Source: an uncultured Gammaproteobacteria bacterium (lineage in GTDB: Bacteria > Patescibacteriota > Patescibacteriia > Patescibacteriales > UBA12075). Taken from it: a stretch of DNA of 64,000 nt. The stretch's first letter is position 1. Each line of letters starts with the position of its first letter. The DNA lies in the NCBI GenBank assembly GCA_964459725.1, contig CAYWNT010000001.1, positions 155,529-219,528 on the forward strand, read 5' to 3'. The translations under genes were made by a program, and so were the position numbers. The notes beneath the pieces are model-generated. The model was not told the origin of the DNA and did no database searches. It saw nothing but the letters and a program-made list of their open reading frames with translations. Below are positions 1 through 9,381 of this stretch, piece after piece.

Positions 1-683
1 GCATATCCAGGCATAAGTACCTTGTAGCTCATTGGAATTCTATTGGGAGTGATTGTATTTACGTGCTTCATTATGTTGGTGGTGCAAGTACTGGTTAGGG
101 TGTTATAAAACTTGGGATTATTTTTTAATTTATTTATTTCATTAAGCATGTCTAGGAAAAGGGCTTGCTTTTTTTCTTTTGTTGTTTTGACAGGATAGAT
201 ATAAACCTTGTCTTTTCTGTAGTTTGATCTGAGTTTTACCGCATCACGTTCATCTGCCACAACGTACATAATTTCGTATTTATTAAAGAGTCCTTTAAGT
301 GCTGAGAATTCCTCTCCGATTTCCTTTCTTATTTCAATTGAAATTGATACATATTCGTCATTTTCAAAGCCAAAGCTTAGAAAGGTGTGAGCCGCTCCTG
401 CAAAGTCAGAAAAAGGCTCCAGGATAAAATCAACTGATTTTATTTTTTCCAAGTCAAAAGTTTTATTGTAATAATCTGGGGTGTATTCGTCTACTGATTT
501 ATATTTGAAATTTCTAATATTATTAATAGTAACTAGATTGTCTTTTATTTCTACTTGTGGAAGAATCTTCTGATCCAGTGTCCAGTTTCTGTTGTTTGAG
601 GGTTTAATAAGTATTAAAATAATTCCATAAATAAAAAAGAGCCCAATTAGTACAAATAGTAGGAATTTCAAAATATTTTTCAT
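1..683 (-). CDS. DUF4105-like membrane-anchored protein, partial (C-terminus beyond window edge)
   Basis: Absent from the ORF track because there is no in-window stop. The reverse complement from ATG at 683..681 reads without stops by eye: MKNILKFLLFVLIGLFFIYGIILILIKPSNNRNWTLDQ...FILEPFSDFAGAAHTFLSFGFENDEYVSISIEIRKE...YEIMYVVADERDAVKLR. It has an N-terminal TM helix, and the blocks recall DUF4105 (Lnb N-terminal domain) proteins, from memory. Confidence 0.55.
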   Translation of the reverse strand, partial: MKNILKFLLFVLIGLFFIYGIILILIKPSNNRNWTLDQKILPQVEIKDNLVTINNIRNFKYKSVDEYTPDYYNKTFDLEKIKSVDFILEPFSDFAGAAHTFLSFGFENDEYVSISIEIRKEIGEEFSALKGLFNKYEIMYVVADERDAVKLRSNYRKDKVYIYPVKTTKEKKQALFLDMLNEINKLKNNPKFYNTLTSTCTTNIMKHVNTITPNRIPMSYKVLMPGY

Positions 684-825
684 ATATTTATTATAGCATA
701 TATTGTTTTAGATTTTGAAGTTCTATCTCCAGTGCTTAATATTGACAAAGATAAATAGTAATGCTATATTTTACAATCGCACAATAAAAATGATATTTTT
801 TTGAACATAGAAAAAGGAGTAAAGA

Positions 826-1377
826 ATGAAAGAAACAAACTTCAAAGAAAGAGTTGGCAGCGTAGTGGTTTTAAATGGCGGTTATGTGCTAATTGATCAT
901 TCTGATGAAGAAAGCCAGGAAGGCCAATCGACCATTATTTATATCTGGTCGAAAGACGAGGAAACTCGTGAGAAAGAAATAGAGGTCGCAGTTAAACTTG
1001 TACATTCTGGAAACGGTTCCAAAACAAATGTCTCAAATACAATTTTTCAGTCAAGTTATATTTTAAAGTATGGCAATGATAAAGTGTTTGAAAATCATAT
1101 TGGTCTAGCCAGAAAGGTTGTTGTTTTCAATAAAGAAGCTCGTGAATTTTTCTTGATCATGGATGAGAATGAGTCTCTTGCGAAAGTGGAAGATTTTTTG
1201 GATGAAGCTAATGAAAAATATAGCGATTTAATTGAGGAGCTTGGATATTATCGCTTCCAACTACCTCGCCCTCACGGACTTGGTGAGCTTAAAGTAGATG
1301 GGGAGCCAACCTTTGAAGTGGTTATGCATAGTCGTTTGGTTTTCATAAAACTTGAAGCTATGGTGGTTAGTAAATAA
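826..1377 (+). CDS. hypothetical protein (183 aa)
   Basis: Long ORF with AAGGAG 6 nt upstream of the ATG. I recognise no motif. Confidence 0.6.
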   Translation: MKETNFKERVGSVVVLNGGYVLIDHSDEESQEGQSTIIYIWSKDEETREKEIEVAVKLVHSGNGSKTNVSNTIFQSSYILKYGNDKVFENHIGLARKVVVFNKEAREFFLIMDENESLAKVEDFLDEANEKYSDLIEELGYYRFQLPRPHGLGELKVDGEPTFEVVMHSRLVFIKLEAMVVSK

Positions 1378-1472
1378 TGCCAAATTTCCACAAAACAAAA
1401 AAAACAATACAAAGCGGAGAATCTTTTGATTACTTCGCTTTTTTATTTTATTAAATTAATGTAGTTTAAATC

Positions 1473-1501
1473 TTGACATATTATTATAAATAATATACAA
1501 T
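1473..1501 (+). promoter_or_regulatory. sigma70-like promoter (TTGACA-17-TACAAT) for the SDR/MBL/NAD-binding/TetR cluster
   Basis: TTGACA at 1473..1478, a 17-nt spacer, then TACAAT at 1496..1501, about 50 nt upstream of the 1551 start. Confidence 0.5.
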
Positions 1502-1507
1502 TCTAAT

Positions 1508-1519
1508 GTGAGTACTCAC
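1508..1519. promoter_or_regulatory. perfect 12-bp palindrome GTGAGTACTCAC, candidate TetR operator
   Basis: The palindrome lies immediately downstream of the -10 box. A TetR-family gene closes the same cluster at 4153..4698. Confidence 0.35.
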
Positions 1520-1550
1520 TCATTTTTACAACTAATAATTATAGATAAGT

Positions 1551-2330
1551 ATGAATAAAAAAACAGCCTTAATAACTGGTGCTAGCTCAGGAATTGGTAA
1601 GGAGTTGGCAATAATACATGCTGAGCATGGAGGAGATTTAGTTATTGTAGCTCGCGGCAAAGAAAAGCTAGAAGAAATAAAAAAAGAGCTAACCGAAAAA
1701 CACAAAGTCAAAGTGATGATAATTGATAAGGATCTGGCTTTACCGAATGCCTCTAAGGAAGTATATAGTGAGGTGAAAAATGCTGGAATCGAGATTGATT
1801 ACTTGGTAAATAATGCTGGTTTTGGAGGAAGGGGAAAATTTCACAAAAGAGACTGGGAGAAAGATAAAGCAATGATCAATTTGAACGTCTTAGCCCTTAC
1901 TGAGCTTACCCGGCTGTATTTACCAGACATGGTAAAAAGAAACAATGGCAGAATACTGAATACATCCTCTACTGCCTCTTTTGTGCCTGGGCCACTCCAA
2001 GCGGTATATTATGCAACCAAGGCCTATGTTACATTTTTTAGTAACGCTATAGCAGAGGAGCTTAGTGATACGAGTATAACTGTGACCAATCTAATGCCAG
2101 GAGCAACTGAAACAGATTTTGCTAAAGTGGCAAATTTAGAGAACACAAATTTATTCAAGAAAACAGCATCTGCCCGAAGTGTGGCTGAGGATGGTTATAA
2201 TGGGATGTTGAAGGGCAAGCTCGATGTTGTGTCTGGCCTTTCTTTTGTTAATAAATTGCTGATTAAGCTTATGCCCTTTGCGCCAAAAAGGTTTGCCCTA
2301 AAAACAGTTCGAAAAATGCAAGAAGCATAA
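1551..2330 (+). CDS. short-chain dehydrogenase/reductase (SDR) family oxidoreductase
   Basis: TGASSGIGKELA cofactor motif, NNAG, and the catalytic S...YxxxK pattern (STAS...YYATKAYV). Confidence 0.9.
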   Translation: MNKKTALITGASSGIGKELAIIHAEHGGDLVIVARGKEKLEEIKKELTEKHKVKVMIIDKDLALPNASKEVYSEVKNAGIEIDYLVNNAGFGGRGKFHKRDWEKDKAMINLNVLALTELTRLYLPDMVKRNNGRILNTSSTASFVPGPLQAVYYATKAYVTFFSNAIAEELSDTSITVTNLMPGATETDFAKVANLENTNLFKKTASARSVAEDGYNGMLKGKLDVVSGLSFVNKLLIKLMPFAPKRFALKTVRKMQEA

Positions 2331-2334
2331 AAAT

Positions 2335-3453
2335 ATGAAAAGAATAAAAAAGTTTATAAAAATAATTATGTATATAATATTTGTTTTTATTGTTGGGGTA
2401 ATAATTCTTGCCACTCTATATCTAAACTTTAATCCGCAAAGCGGGGGGAAGGTTATAGACATTGTTTCTGGAAATTTTAATAACGGAAGATTTCAAAATT
2501 TGGTAGATACACCGTTATCAACCGGAGATAAATCCATGATGGTTTCAATGTATGAGTTTTTCTTCCAGAAGCATCCAGAAGCATTTCCATTAAGAGCAAT
2601 AAAAACAGAAAAAATAGATAGAGAATTACTGGAAAATCTTTCTGATGACGATATTGCAATTAGCTGGCTAGGGCATTCTACAGCGCTTATAAAAACAAAA
2701 GACGTGACCATCGTCACTGATCCTTTGTTTAATGGCAAGAATTTACCTCCAATGTATATGGGGCCAAAGAAGTTTCCATATACGAATGATTATGATGTGA
2801 GCGATCTTTCAAAAATTGATGTAGTACTCATTTCACATGATCATTATGATCATCTTGATATGGGGTCAGTTTTAAAACTAAAAGATTCACGCTTTTATGT
2901 GCCACTTGGTGTTAAATATCATTTACTTAGATGGGGAATTGAGGAATCTAATATTACTGAACTAGATTGGTATAGTGGAGCAGAATATAAAGAAAATATT
3001 AAGTTTACCCTAGCCCCAACCAGGCATTTCAGCGGCAGAGGGCTATTTAATAGAAATAAAACTCTTTGGGGATCTTGGGTGATAAAGGCTGGAGATAGAA
3101 GTATTTATTTCGGTGGTGACTCAGGATATTTTGAAGAGTTTAAGAAAATTGGAGAAGAGTATGGCCCTTTTGACTTAGCCCTGCTTGATGTTGGTCAGTA
3201 TGATTTGTCTTGGCAAGGGGTACACATGTTACCAAGTGAAGCTGCTCAAGCTGGAGTGGATCTTGGGGCAAAGAGTATTTTGCCAATTCACAATTCAAAA
3301 TATATCCTAGCTAAACATTCTTGGTATGAGCCGCTTGAAAAGGCGACCGAAGAAGCAAACAAACAAAATATAAATATAACCACTCCGCGTATTGGTCAGA
3401 CTTTTTTAGTAGATGATGATATGCCAAATGAGCGTTGGTGGGAGAATAGATAA
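2335..3453 (+). CDS. MBL-fold metallo-hydrolase with N-terminal TM anchor
   Basis: N-terminal hydrophobic helix, WLGHSTALIK, and the HDHYDHLD metal-binding motif. Confidence 0.8.
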   Translation: MKRIKKFIKIIMYIIFVFIVGVIILATLYLNFNPQSGGKVIDIVSGNFNNGRFQNLVDTPLSTGDKSMMVSMYEFFFQKHPEAFPLRAIKTEKIDRELLENLSDDDIAISWLGHSTALIKTKDVTIVTDPLFNGKNLPPMYMGPKKFPYTNDYDVSDLSKIDVVLISHDHYDHLDMGSVLKLKDSRFYVPLGVKYHLLRWGIEESNITELDWYSGAEYKENIKFTLAPTRHFSGRGLFNRNKTLWGSWVIKAGDRSIYFGGDSGYFEEFKKIGEEYGPFDLALLDVGQYDLSWQGVHMLPSEAAQAGVDLGAKSILPIHNSKYILAKHSWYEPLEKATEEANKQNINITTPRIGQTFLVDDDMPNERWWENR

Positions 3454-3478
3454 TATTTAATAAATTGATTATAAACAT

Positions 3479-4138
3479 ATGAGTAAAAACGTAATAATAA
3501 CAGGTGGCACAGGGATGGTTGGTTTACTAGTTTTAAAAGAGTGTTTAGAGAATGACAACATCTCAAGTGTTACCTCGCTAGTTCGAGAAAAATCAAATAT
3601 CACTCATCCAAAACTTAAGGAGGTGGTCATAGAAGATTTTTGTGATTATAGCAATCATGGTGATCTGTTTAGAAACAAGGACATAGCTTATTATTGTCTT
3701 GGAGTATACACTGGAGCAGTTCCAAGGGATGAGTTTCGAAAAATTACAGTTGATTTTACCATTGCTTTTGCTGACAAGCTTAGAGAGCAAAGCCCAAATG
3801 CAGGCTTTGTATTTCTAAGTGGAGCTGGAGCTGACAGGGCTGAAAAGAGTAGGATGATGTTTGCCAAAGACAAAGGGGCAGCTGAAAATTATTTATTAAA
3901 AAAGGATTTTAAAGCACTTCATATATTTCGACCAGGATATATTTATCCAGTTACACCTCGTAAGGAGCCAAATTTTTCCTATATATTATCAAGAAAATTA
4001 TATCCAATTTTAAAAGTATTTATTCCTGGTAGTGTAATTGAGTCAGTAGACTTGGCTCATGCTATGTTTTCGGTTGGAGTGAATGGAGGCAAGATGGATA
4101 CATATGAAAACAAAGATATTAGAAATTTAATTCAATAA
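3479..4138 (+). CDS. NAD(P)H-binding (atypical SDR / epimerase-like) protein
   Basis: N-terminal Rossmann motif ITGGTGMVG. Size and layout fit the NAD(P)-binding domain family. Confidence 0.7.
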   Translation: MSKNVIITGGTGMVGLLVLKECLENDNISSVTSLVREKSNITHPKLKEVVIEDFCDYSNHGDLFRNKDIAYYCLGVYTGAVPRDEFRKITVDFTIAFADKLREQSPNAGFVFLSGAGADRAEKSRMMFAKDKGAAENYLLKKDFKALHIFRPGYIYPVTPRKEPNFSYILSRKLYPILKVFIPGSVIESVDLAHAMFSVGVNGGKMDTYENKDIRNLIQ

Positions 4139-4152
4139 TTAATTCTTGTTGT

Positions 4153-4698
4153 ATGACTACAAAAGATAAAATACTAAAAAGCGCTTTAAAACTTTTCGCG
4201 CGTCAGGGCATAGACAAGACATCAACTCGAGAGATTACCAAAGATGTTGGTATTGCAGAGGGGACTCTTTTTGTGCACTTCAAAACTAAGCAAGAATTAA
4301 TCGACTCTCTTTATTTGGATATAAAGAAAGGATTGGTAGGAAATTTATCAGATTTAGTTGACACTAAAGTATCTACCGAAAAGAATATAAAATCAATGTC
4401 AGAATACATGATTAAGTATTTGATAAAGAATTATAATGAATTGATTTTTATGGAGATAATGGAAAAAGATCCAAAAATTAGTCAAAGGGCAAAAAATGAA
4501 GGAAGAAAGATGTATTTAGTTGTGTTAAAGCAGATAGGTGAATGGATAAAAAAGGGAGAGCTGAAAAAATTAGACAGAGAATTCATTGGTGGAATTGTGT
4601 GGGGTAATGTTGTGAGCATTGCCAAGTATTGTAAGGAATCACGAAAAAAAGTAAGCAAATCCATGCTTGATATAATTTGGGATTCTGTTAAAGGGTGA
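4153..4698 (+). CDS. TetR/AcrR family transcriptional regulator
   Basis: N-terminal HTH: ILKSALKLFARQGIDKTSTREITKDVGIAEGTLFVHF. Confidence 0.85.
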   Translation: MTTKDKILKSALKLFARQGIDKTSTREITKDVGIAEGTLFVHFKTKQELIDSLYLDIKKGLVGNLSDLVDTKVSTEKNIKSMSEYMIKYLIKNYNELIFMEIMEKDPKISQRAKNEGRKMYLVVLKQIGEWIKKGELKKLDREFIGGIVWGNVVSIAKYCKESRKKVSKSMLDIIWDSVKG

Positions 4699-4800
4699 TT
4701 GAGAGCTAGGTTGGGCGTTACTATTGATTTTTAATTATTTTAATGCTAGGATAAATTATTACAAAAATTTATAAGTCCATTTTTTAACAAGGAGGATGAT

Positions 4801-5487
4801 ATGGCATGTAACGCGTGTGAAAATAAGGATTGGGATGGAGATAGAGATGTTCCTGTAGGAGAGGAGCAATATGTTTGTTGGTGTTGCCAACAGCGTTGGT
4901 GGAGCTATAATACTCACTATAATCTTTGGACAACAGTGGATGATGATTTTACCTGGGATGTTTTAAGGCATGGTGTAGATATACCGATATCTATTGGTAA
5001 GCCAGCTTCTGTATTGCCTGGCTATGAAGACTATGCAGTTAAGCCCACACATAAAATTTGTGAAGAACGTTCTCCATATCCAAAGCTAGTTCTGATGGAT
5101 GGTCCGAGTGATATGCCAACAGCCGCAATACAGTGTGTGGGCGATTGGGAAAGGGGCAACATTTTTCAACATCAATTTTTATTTCCCTTGGGTGGTAGAT
5201 TGCCAGATGAAGATTGGATGGCCAAGGAAAAATTGGACACTTTTCATGTTCCCTTCGTTGGGACTGTGTCACATTGGCCATATGAAGACCGGCCAGAAGG
5301 ACTTTTTGAAGACGCAGGCGAAAAAGCATTTGCTCATTTAATTTCTGATCGGTTAAGAATAAACGGTAATCAAGCCTCATTCATCGTGCCTCTTGTATTT
5401 TTGGGTGATCCGAGTGTTGGAGTAATCACTGCTCGGCACTTTTTCGATGATTATATTCGAGAGGTAGCTGTAGAAAAATTCCAATAG
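4801..5487 (+). CDS. hypothetical Cys/Trp-rich protein (228 aa)
   Basis: AAGGAGG SD 6 nt upstream and its own terminator at 5507..5541. The N-terminus is CNAC...CWCC. No family recognised. Confidence 0.65.
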   Translation: MACNACENKDWDGDRDVPVGEEQYVCWCCQQRWWSYNTHYNLWTTVDDDFTWDVLRHGVDIPISIGKPASVLPGYEDYAVKPTHKICEERSPYPKLVLMDGPSDMPTAAIQCVGDWERGNIFQHQFLFPLGGRLPDEDWMAKEKLDTFHVPFVGTVSHWPYEDRPEGLFEDAGEKAFAHLISDRLRINGNQASFIVPLVFLGDPSVGVITARHFFDDYIREVAVEKFQ

Positions 5488-5506
5488 TATTAGTTGGTAA
5501 AAATAC

Positions 5507-5541
5507 ACGGTAGCAAGTCGAGAGATTTGCTACCGTTTTTT
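5507..5541 (+). terminator. rho-independent terminator
   Basis: ACGGTAGCAA / TTGCTACCGT 10-bp stem, 10-nt loop, T-run. Confidence 0.75.
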
Positions 5542-5659
5542 ATTATGATTGCATTGATAGAGATCGAATTACACCTTGAAACCAGAGAGGTAGATCCTTT
5601 TTCTGGTAAAATAAATTGCCCAGTTTTAGCTAAATATAGAAATATTTAAGCATAAATAC

Positions 5660-5688
5660 TTGACATTTTTTATAAAATATGCTATATT
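5660..5688 (+). promoter_or_regulatory. sigma70-like promoter (TTGACA-17-TATATT)
   Basis: TTGACA at 5660..5665 and TATATT at 5683..5688, upstream of the 5763 ORF. Confidence 0.5.
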
Positions 5689-5762
5689 AATATATCAAGA
5701 AGTGTTCTTTGATACTAACAAAAACAAAAAACAATTAACAATACATCAAAAGGAGGAGTGCT

Positions 5763-6926
5763 ATGCAGTCATCTGTATTGCTTAAAACTGGACAAGAGAT
5801 ATCAACCCCAATGGTTAAAGTTGTGCATATGGCCCTTGGTCGATTGTTCGAATCAAAGCCTGCTGTTTTTTTTGATTTCGTGTCAGCCTTACGTAATCCG
5901 AAAGAGTGGATACTTAGACCTGAAACCGTTGAAATTCTTAATCAGTATAGCCTGATGGAGGGAGAGAGCATTCGTAGCGAGGTGAGGTTAATCGCTCTGG
6001 CCTCAGTGGAGGGTGAAGGGCTGGAAATGAAATTGGTTTCGCCGGTTGCTGAAAAGCAATTTAACGACGGAAAGTCTGAGGAGAAAATTTGTCCGCTTGA
6101 TAATTACGAACTTTATGTTTTGGTTCGCAAAATAGCAGATATTATTTTTGAGGTAAAAGAATCGTCCGAAGATTCATTTTCAAGAGAAGATCGGCGCGAG
6201 CAGAGTTCGAATCCATATTACAGTCAGTCTGCCGATGGAGTTTTTCTTGAATTTTACTACAGCTCACCGAGTAAGCTTTGGACACCGTGGGGACAATGGA
6301 ATTTTATGGGTGGAGGAACTTGTTGGCCACAAGAATTGTTGCCGGAAATTTTTGAGAGGCTTGGTGCAAGAGAGTATATGCCGGAGCGTCATAGTCAAAT
6401 GGGGACATTTGGTCCGGTTTACTCACTCCACAAGGTTGATGATACTTCCTTGCCCATTCCTGTCGACTTGGAAAACGGGGCATACAGTTCCTACGAAGAT
6501 GTTACAAAGGCTTGGGCAGATTTGACCGAGAAATATTATAAATCTCAAGGAATAGAGATGCCTTTGTCTTACGAGGAGAGGTCGGCTCTGGATGATGTTA
6601 TTTTGAAAGAGCGAGGAGAAAAAGAGCCTCGATTGACCGATTCCGATATTCATTCGGTAGAGGGATTAATTTCGTTTGCAGGACAGGCTGTAAAGTTTTC
6701 CAAGAATGGCGGTGATACCTGGAAATATGCACTTCTCTGGAGGCAATCTGAACATTTCAGAGAAGGCGGATATGGTTTCGCAATGTATGAAGAGGTTATG
6801 CCAAACGTTGATGTTCATTGCCGAGGGTCTTTTACTGATAAAGACTTTGGAAGGGGCCTGATCGTTCGTCCTGTAGCTAATGAGTCAGAACTTGAAGGTG
6901 TCAGGTTCTCGTACGATCGTTGTTAG
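5763..6926 (+). CDS. hypothetical protein (387 aa)
   Basis: AAAGGAGG SD, its own promoter and terminator. No motif recognised. Confidence 0.7.
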   Translation: MQSSVLLKTGQEISTPMVKVVHMALGRLFESKPAVFFDFVSALRNPKEWILRPETVEILNQYSLMEGESIRSEVRLIALASVEGEGLEMKLVSPVAEKQFNDGKSEEKICPLDNYELYVLVRKIADIIFEVKESSEDSFSREDRREQSSNPYYSQSADGVFLEFYYSSPSKLWTPWGQWNFMGGGTCWPQELLPEIFERLGAREYMPERHSQMGTFGPVYSLHKVDDTSLPIPVDLENGAYSSYEDVTKAWADLTEKYYKSQGIEMPLSYEERSALDDVILKERGEKEPRLTDSDIHSVEGLISFAGQAVKFSKNGGDTWKYALLWRQSEHFREGGYGFAMYEEVMPNVDVHCRGSFTDKDFGRGLIVRPVANESELEGVRFSYDRC

Positions 6927-6945
6927 GTTGTTTTTAAAAAATTTA

Positions 6946-6977
6946 CCCCGAGGAATTCGTTTCTCGGGGTTTCTTTT
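6946..6977 (+). terminator. rho-independent terminator
   Basis: CCCCGAG / CTCGGGG stem followed by TTTCTTTT. Confidence 0.8.
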
Positions 6978-7078
6978 ATAATAAACTATTGACTTTCGTT
7001 TTTTGTTCGTGTATAATTATAATTAGTTGTTAATAAAAAAGTATTAAAATAAATAATTATAATTAACCAACAAAAATT

Positions 7079-7555
7079 ATGGAAATTTCAATTAAAAATT
7101 TAAACGAAAGAGAGGTTGCTTATGTTTCATTTACTGGAAACTACATTGGCAATACAAAGGTCTTTAAAGATTTGTTTACAAAGCTTGGCAATTGGGCAGG
7201 GCCTAAGAATCTAATTAATTCTGACACCGTGTTCTTGTCATCCTACCAAGATGATCCAAATGTTACTCCTCCAGATGAGTTAGTCTTGGATGTGTGTATG
7301 AGCATACCTGAAAACACTGAGGTGGAGGGAGAGATTAAGAAAAAAGTTTTACCAGGAGGGCAGTATGCGGTTATGCATGCAGAATTAGTAAATCCAGAGG
7401 ATTACGGACCGGCTTGGGAAAAGGTAGTAGAATGGAGTAAGGAAAATAAGTATGAGCTAGACATGTCTCGACCAAGCTATGAGTTATATTTAAATAATCC
7501 AGAAGAACACCCAGAGAAGCATCATATTATTGAAATTTGCTTGAGTGTGAAATAG
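7079..7555 (+). CDS. GyrI-like small-molecule-binding domain protein
   Basis: About 158 aa. It shows the pattern EREVAYVSFTGNY...LPGGQYAVMHAE...PSYELYLNNPEE, typical of GyrI-like/AraC effector-binding domains (from memory). Confidence 0.65.
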   Translation: MEISIKNLNEREVAYVSFTGNYIGNTKVFKDLFTKLGNWAGPKNLINSDTVFLSSYQDDPNVTPPDELVLDVCMSIPENTEVEGEIKKKVLPGGQYAVMHAELVNPEDYGPAWEKVVEWSKENKYELDMSRPSYELYLNNPEEHPEKHHIIEICLSVK

Positions 7556-7709
7556 AATATTGGGTAGCATTGGGTTGTTGTAAATTAATTAATTTATATT
7601 TTTATAAGTATTGGGCTCTAGACTTTTTTTATCAAAGAGGTATTATAATAGTAGGTGACTATATAATTAATTAATACACCCAAGAGCATTTCTTTTGGGG
7701 CGAAAAAAT

Positions 7710-8396
7710 ATGGGAAGATTTAATCGAGGAGATAATTTTGGCGGAAGAAAAAGGTTTGACAATGACCGTGGTTCCAGAGGGGGAGGAAGGCCCTCAATGC
7801 ATCAGGCCGTTTGTGATGAATGTGGCAAGGACTGCGAGGTCCCCTTTAAACCAACTGGCGATAAACCGGTGTTTTGTAGCTATTGTTTTGATAAAAAAGA
7901 AACTTCCAATAGTAGTCGGGCCGAAAGAAGGATCGCTGCAAGACAAAATCGTGGAGATAGGCAAATGTTTAGGGCTGTTTGTGATAAATGTGGCAAGGAT
8001 TGCGAAGTTCCTTTTAAGCCGTCTAGTGATAAGCCAATATTTTGTAGTGAGTGTTTTGGAAAGGGTGAAAAAGGTGCTAACAGGAATAAAAATGTTGCTA
8101 GCTCCGATCAATATAGCAAACAGTTTGAAATATTGAATAATAAGATTGATAATATTTTAGAAATGTTATCATCTGAAACTGAAGTCAAAAAAGAAAAACC
8201 CATTGCTAAAGCAATCAAAAAAACAGTTGAGAAAAAAACTGTAGCCAAGAAAGCTGCAGCTCCGAAAAAGGCTGCGAAAAAAGTTGCTGCCAAGAAGAAA
8301 GAAGTCAAGAAGAAGGTTGCTCCGAAAAAAGTTGTGAAGAAAGCTGTTGCCAAGAAGAAAGTTGTGAAAAAGACCGCAACTAAGAAAAAGAAATAA
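7710..8396 (+). CDS. tandem CxxC-x17-CxxC zinc-ribbon protein with Lys/Ala-rich histone-H1-like tail
   Basis: Two copies of CDxCGKDCEVPFKPxxDKPxFCSxCF, with exactly 17 residues between the CxxC pairs. The C-terminal roughly 70 aa is AKKAAAPKKAAKKVAAKKK... The start is moved to ATG 7710; the track uses an upstream TTG at 7695. Confidence 0.75.
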   Translation: MGRFNRGDNFGGRKRFDNDRGSRGGGRPSMHQAVCDECGKDCEVPFKPTGDKPVFCSYCFDKKETSNSSRAERRIAARQNRGDRQMFRAVCDKCGKDCEVPFKPSSDKPIFCSECFGKGEKGANRNKNVASSDQYSKQFEILNNKIDNILEMLSSETEVKKEKPIAKAIKKTVEKKTVAKKAAAPKKAAKKVAAKKKEVKKKVAPKKVVKKAVAKKKVVKKTATKKKK

Positions 8397-8437
8397 ATTC
8401 TTTTGACAATTTTTAATTTTACTATTATAGACAGAGA

Positions 8438-8466
8438 AGCAGACACCAAGAGTGTCTGCTTTTTTA
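8438..8466 (+). terminator. rho-independent terminator
   Basis: AGCAGACA / TGTCTGCT stem followed by a T-run. Confidence 0.75.
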
Positions 8467-8579
8467 ATATAATATATCGACCATAATAATGATGCTAAGT
8501 GTGTATTTAAAACAATATTTAATGTATTTTTAATTTATTATCTATATAATTAAAAACAAATTATAATTAAATTAAAAAT

Positions 8580-9320
8580 ATGAAAAAAGTAATTTATTTA
8601 ATTTGTGGCTTATTTTTGTTAGCTACATTTGGTGCACCCGCGCAGGCTGAGAGTTTGTCTGAGCGGTTGAGCGGGAGGATTTTACTTCAGGTTGAGGCCA
8701 ATGGTGAGGCTTGGTATGTGAATCCAAAAGATAATATGAAGTGCTTCCTCGGAACGCCAGCGGATGCTTTTCGTGTGATGCGTGAGTTGGGCTTAGGAAT
8801 TTCGGAAGGTAATTATTACAGCTATGGAGGATATGCTCCTGAGAGCCTAAAAGGGAAAATACTTCTAAGGGTTGAGAACAAAGGTGAGGCCTATTATGTA
8901 AATCCAGTGAATAGAAAGATGCACTATCTTGGTCGGCCGGCTGATGCATTTAATGTCATGCGAAATCTTGGTCTAGGAATTAGCAATCTAAATCTCGACT
9001 TAATAGAGACCAATGTGAAGTATGCACTTAGCTATGATTATTATGTAATAGAATTTGATGACGCTGGAGCATATCCGTCAACTGTAACTACCAAGAAAGG
9101 CAAAACTATAGAATTATTGTTCAAGGCAAAAGATGAGGGCTTATCAAGGGGCGGCATCTGGTTCAAGGCATCACATCACATGGGTTCGATAAACACTGTA
9201 AAAACAGGGGAGTCAAAACGAGTATCAGTTATGCCAAATGTTTCTTATAGCTATACACCATTTCACGATGGAACCAATTTGAAGTTGGGATATGTTATAG
9301 AAATTGAAGTATCGGAATAA
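8580..9320 (+). CDS. secreted protein with a duplicated ~55-aa module
   Basis: Signal peptide ending in APAQA. GRILLQVEANGEAWYVNPKDNMKCFLGTPADAFRVMRELGLGIS is repeated as GKILLRVENKGEAYYVNPVNRKMHYLGRPADAFNVMRNLGLGIS. Confidence 0.7.
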   Translation: MKKVIYLICGLFLLATFGAPAQAESLSERLSGRILLQVEANGEAWYVNPKDNMKCFLGTPADAFRVMRELGLGISEGNYYSYGGYAPESLKGKILLRVENKGEAYYVNPVNRKMHYLGRPADAFNVMRNLGLGISNLNLDLIETNVKYALSYDYYVIEFDDAGAYPSTVTTKKGKTIELLFKAKDEGLSRGGIWFKASHHMGSINTVKTGESKRVSVMPNVSYSYTPFHDGTNLKLGYVIEIEVSE

Positions 9321-9381
9321 TTTGTGGAGTTGAATTTTCGAATCTAGTAAATTGTATGTAACTATTAAATAAAATAAATGT

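Noticed and set aside
14-6205. GTTCGAATCC, a tRNA T-loop-like string (6205..6214).
   Set aside because: It lies inside the 5763..6926 ORF, and the flanking bases cannot form a T-stem or an acceptor stem. No other tRNA-like cloverleaf was seen in any spacer.
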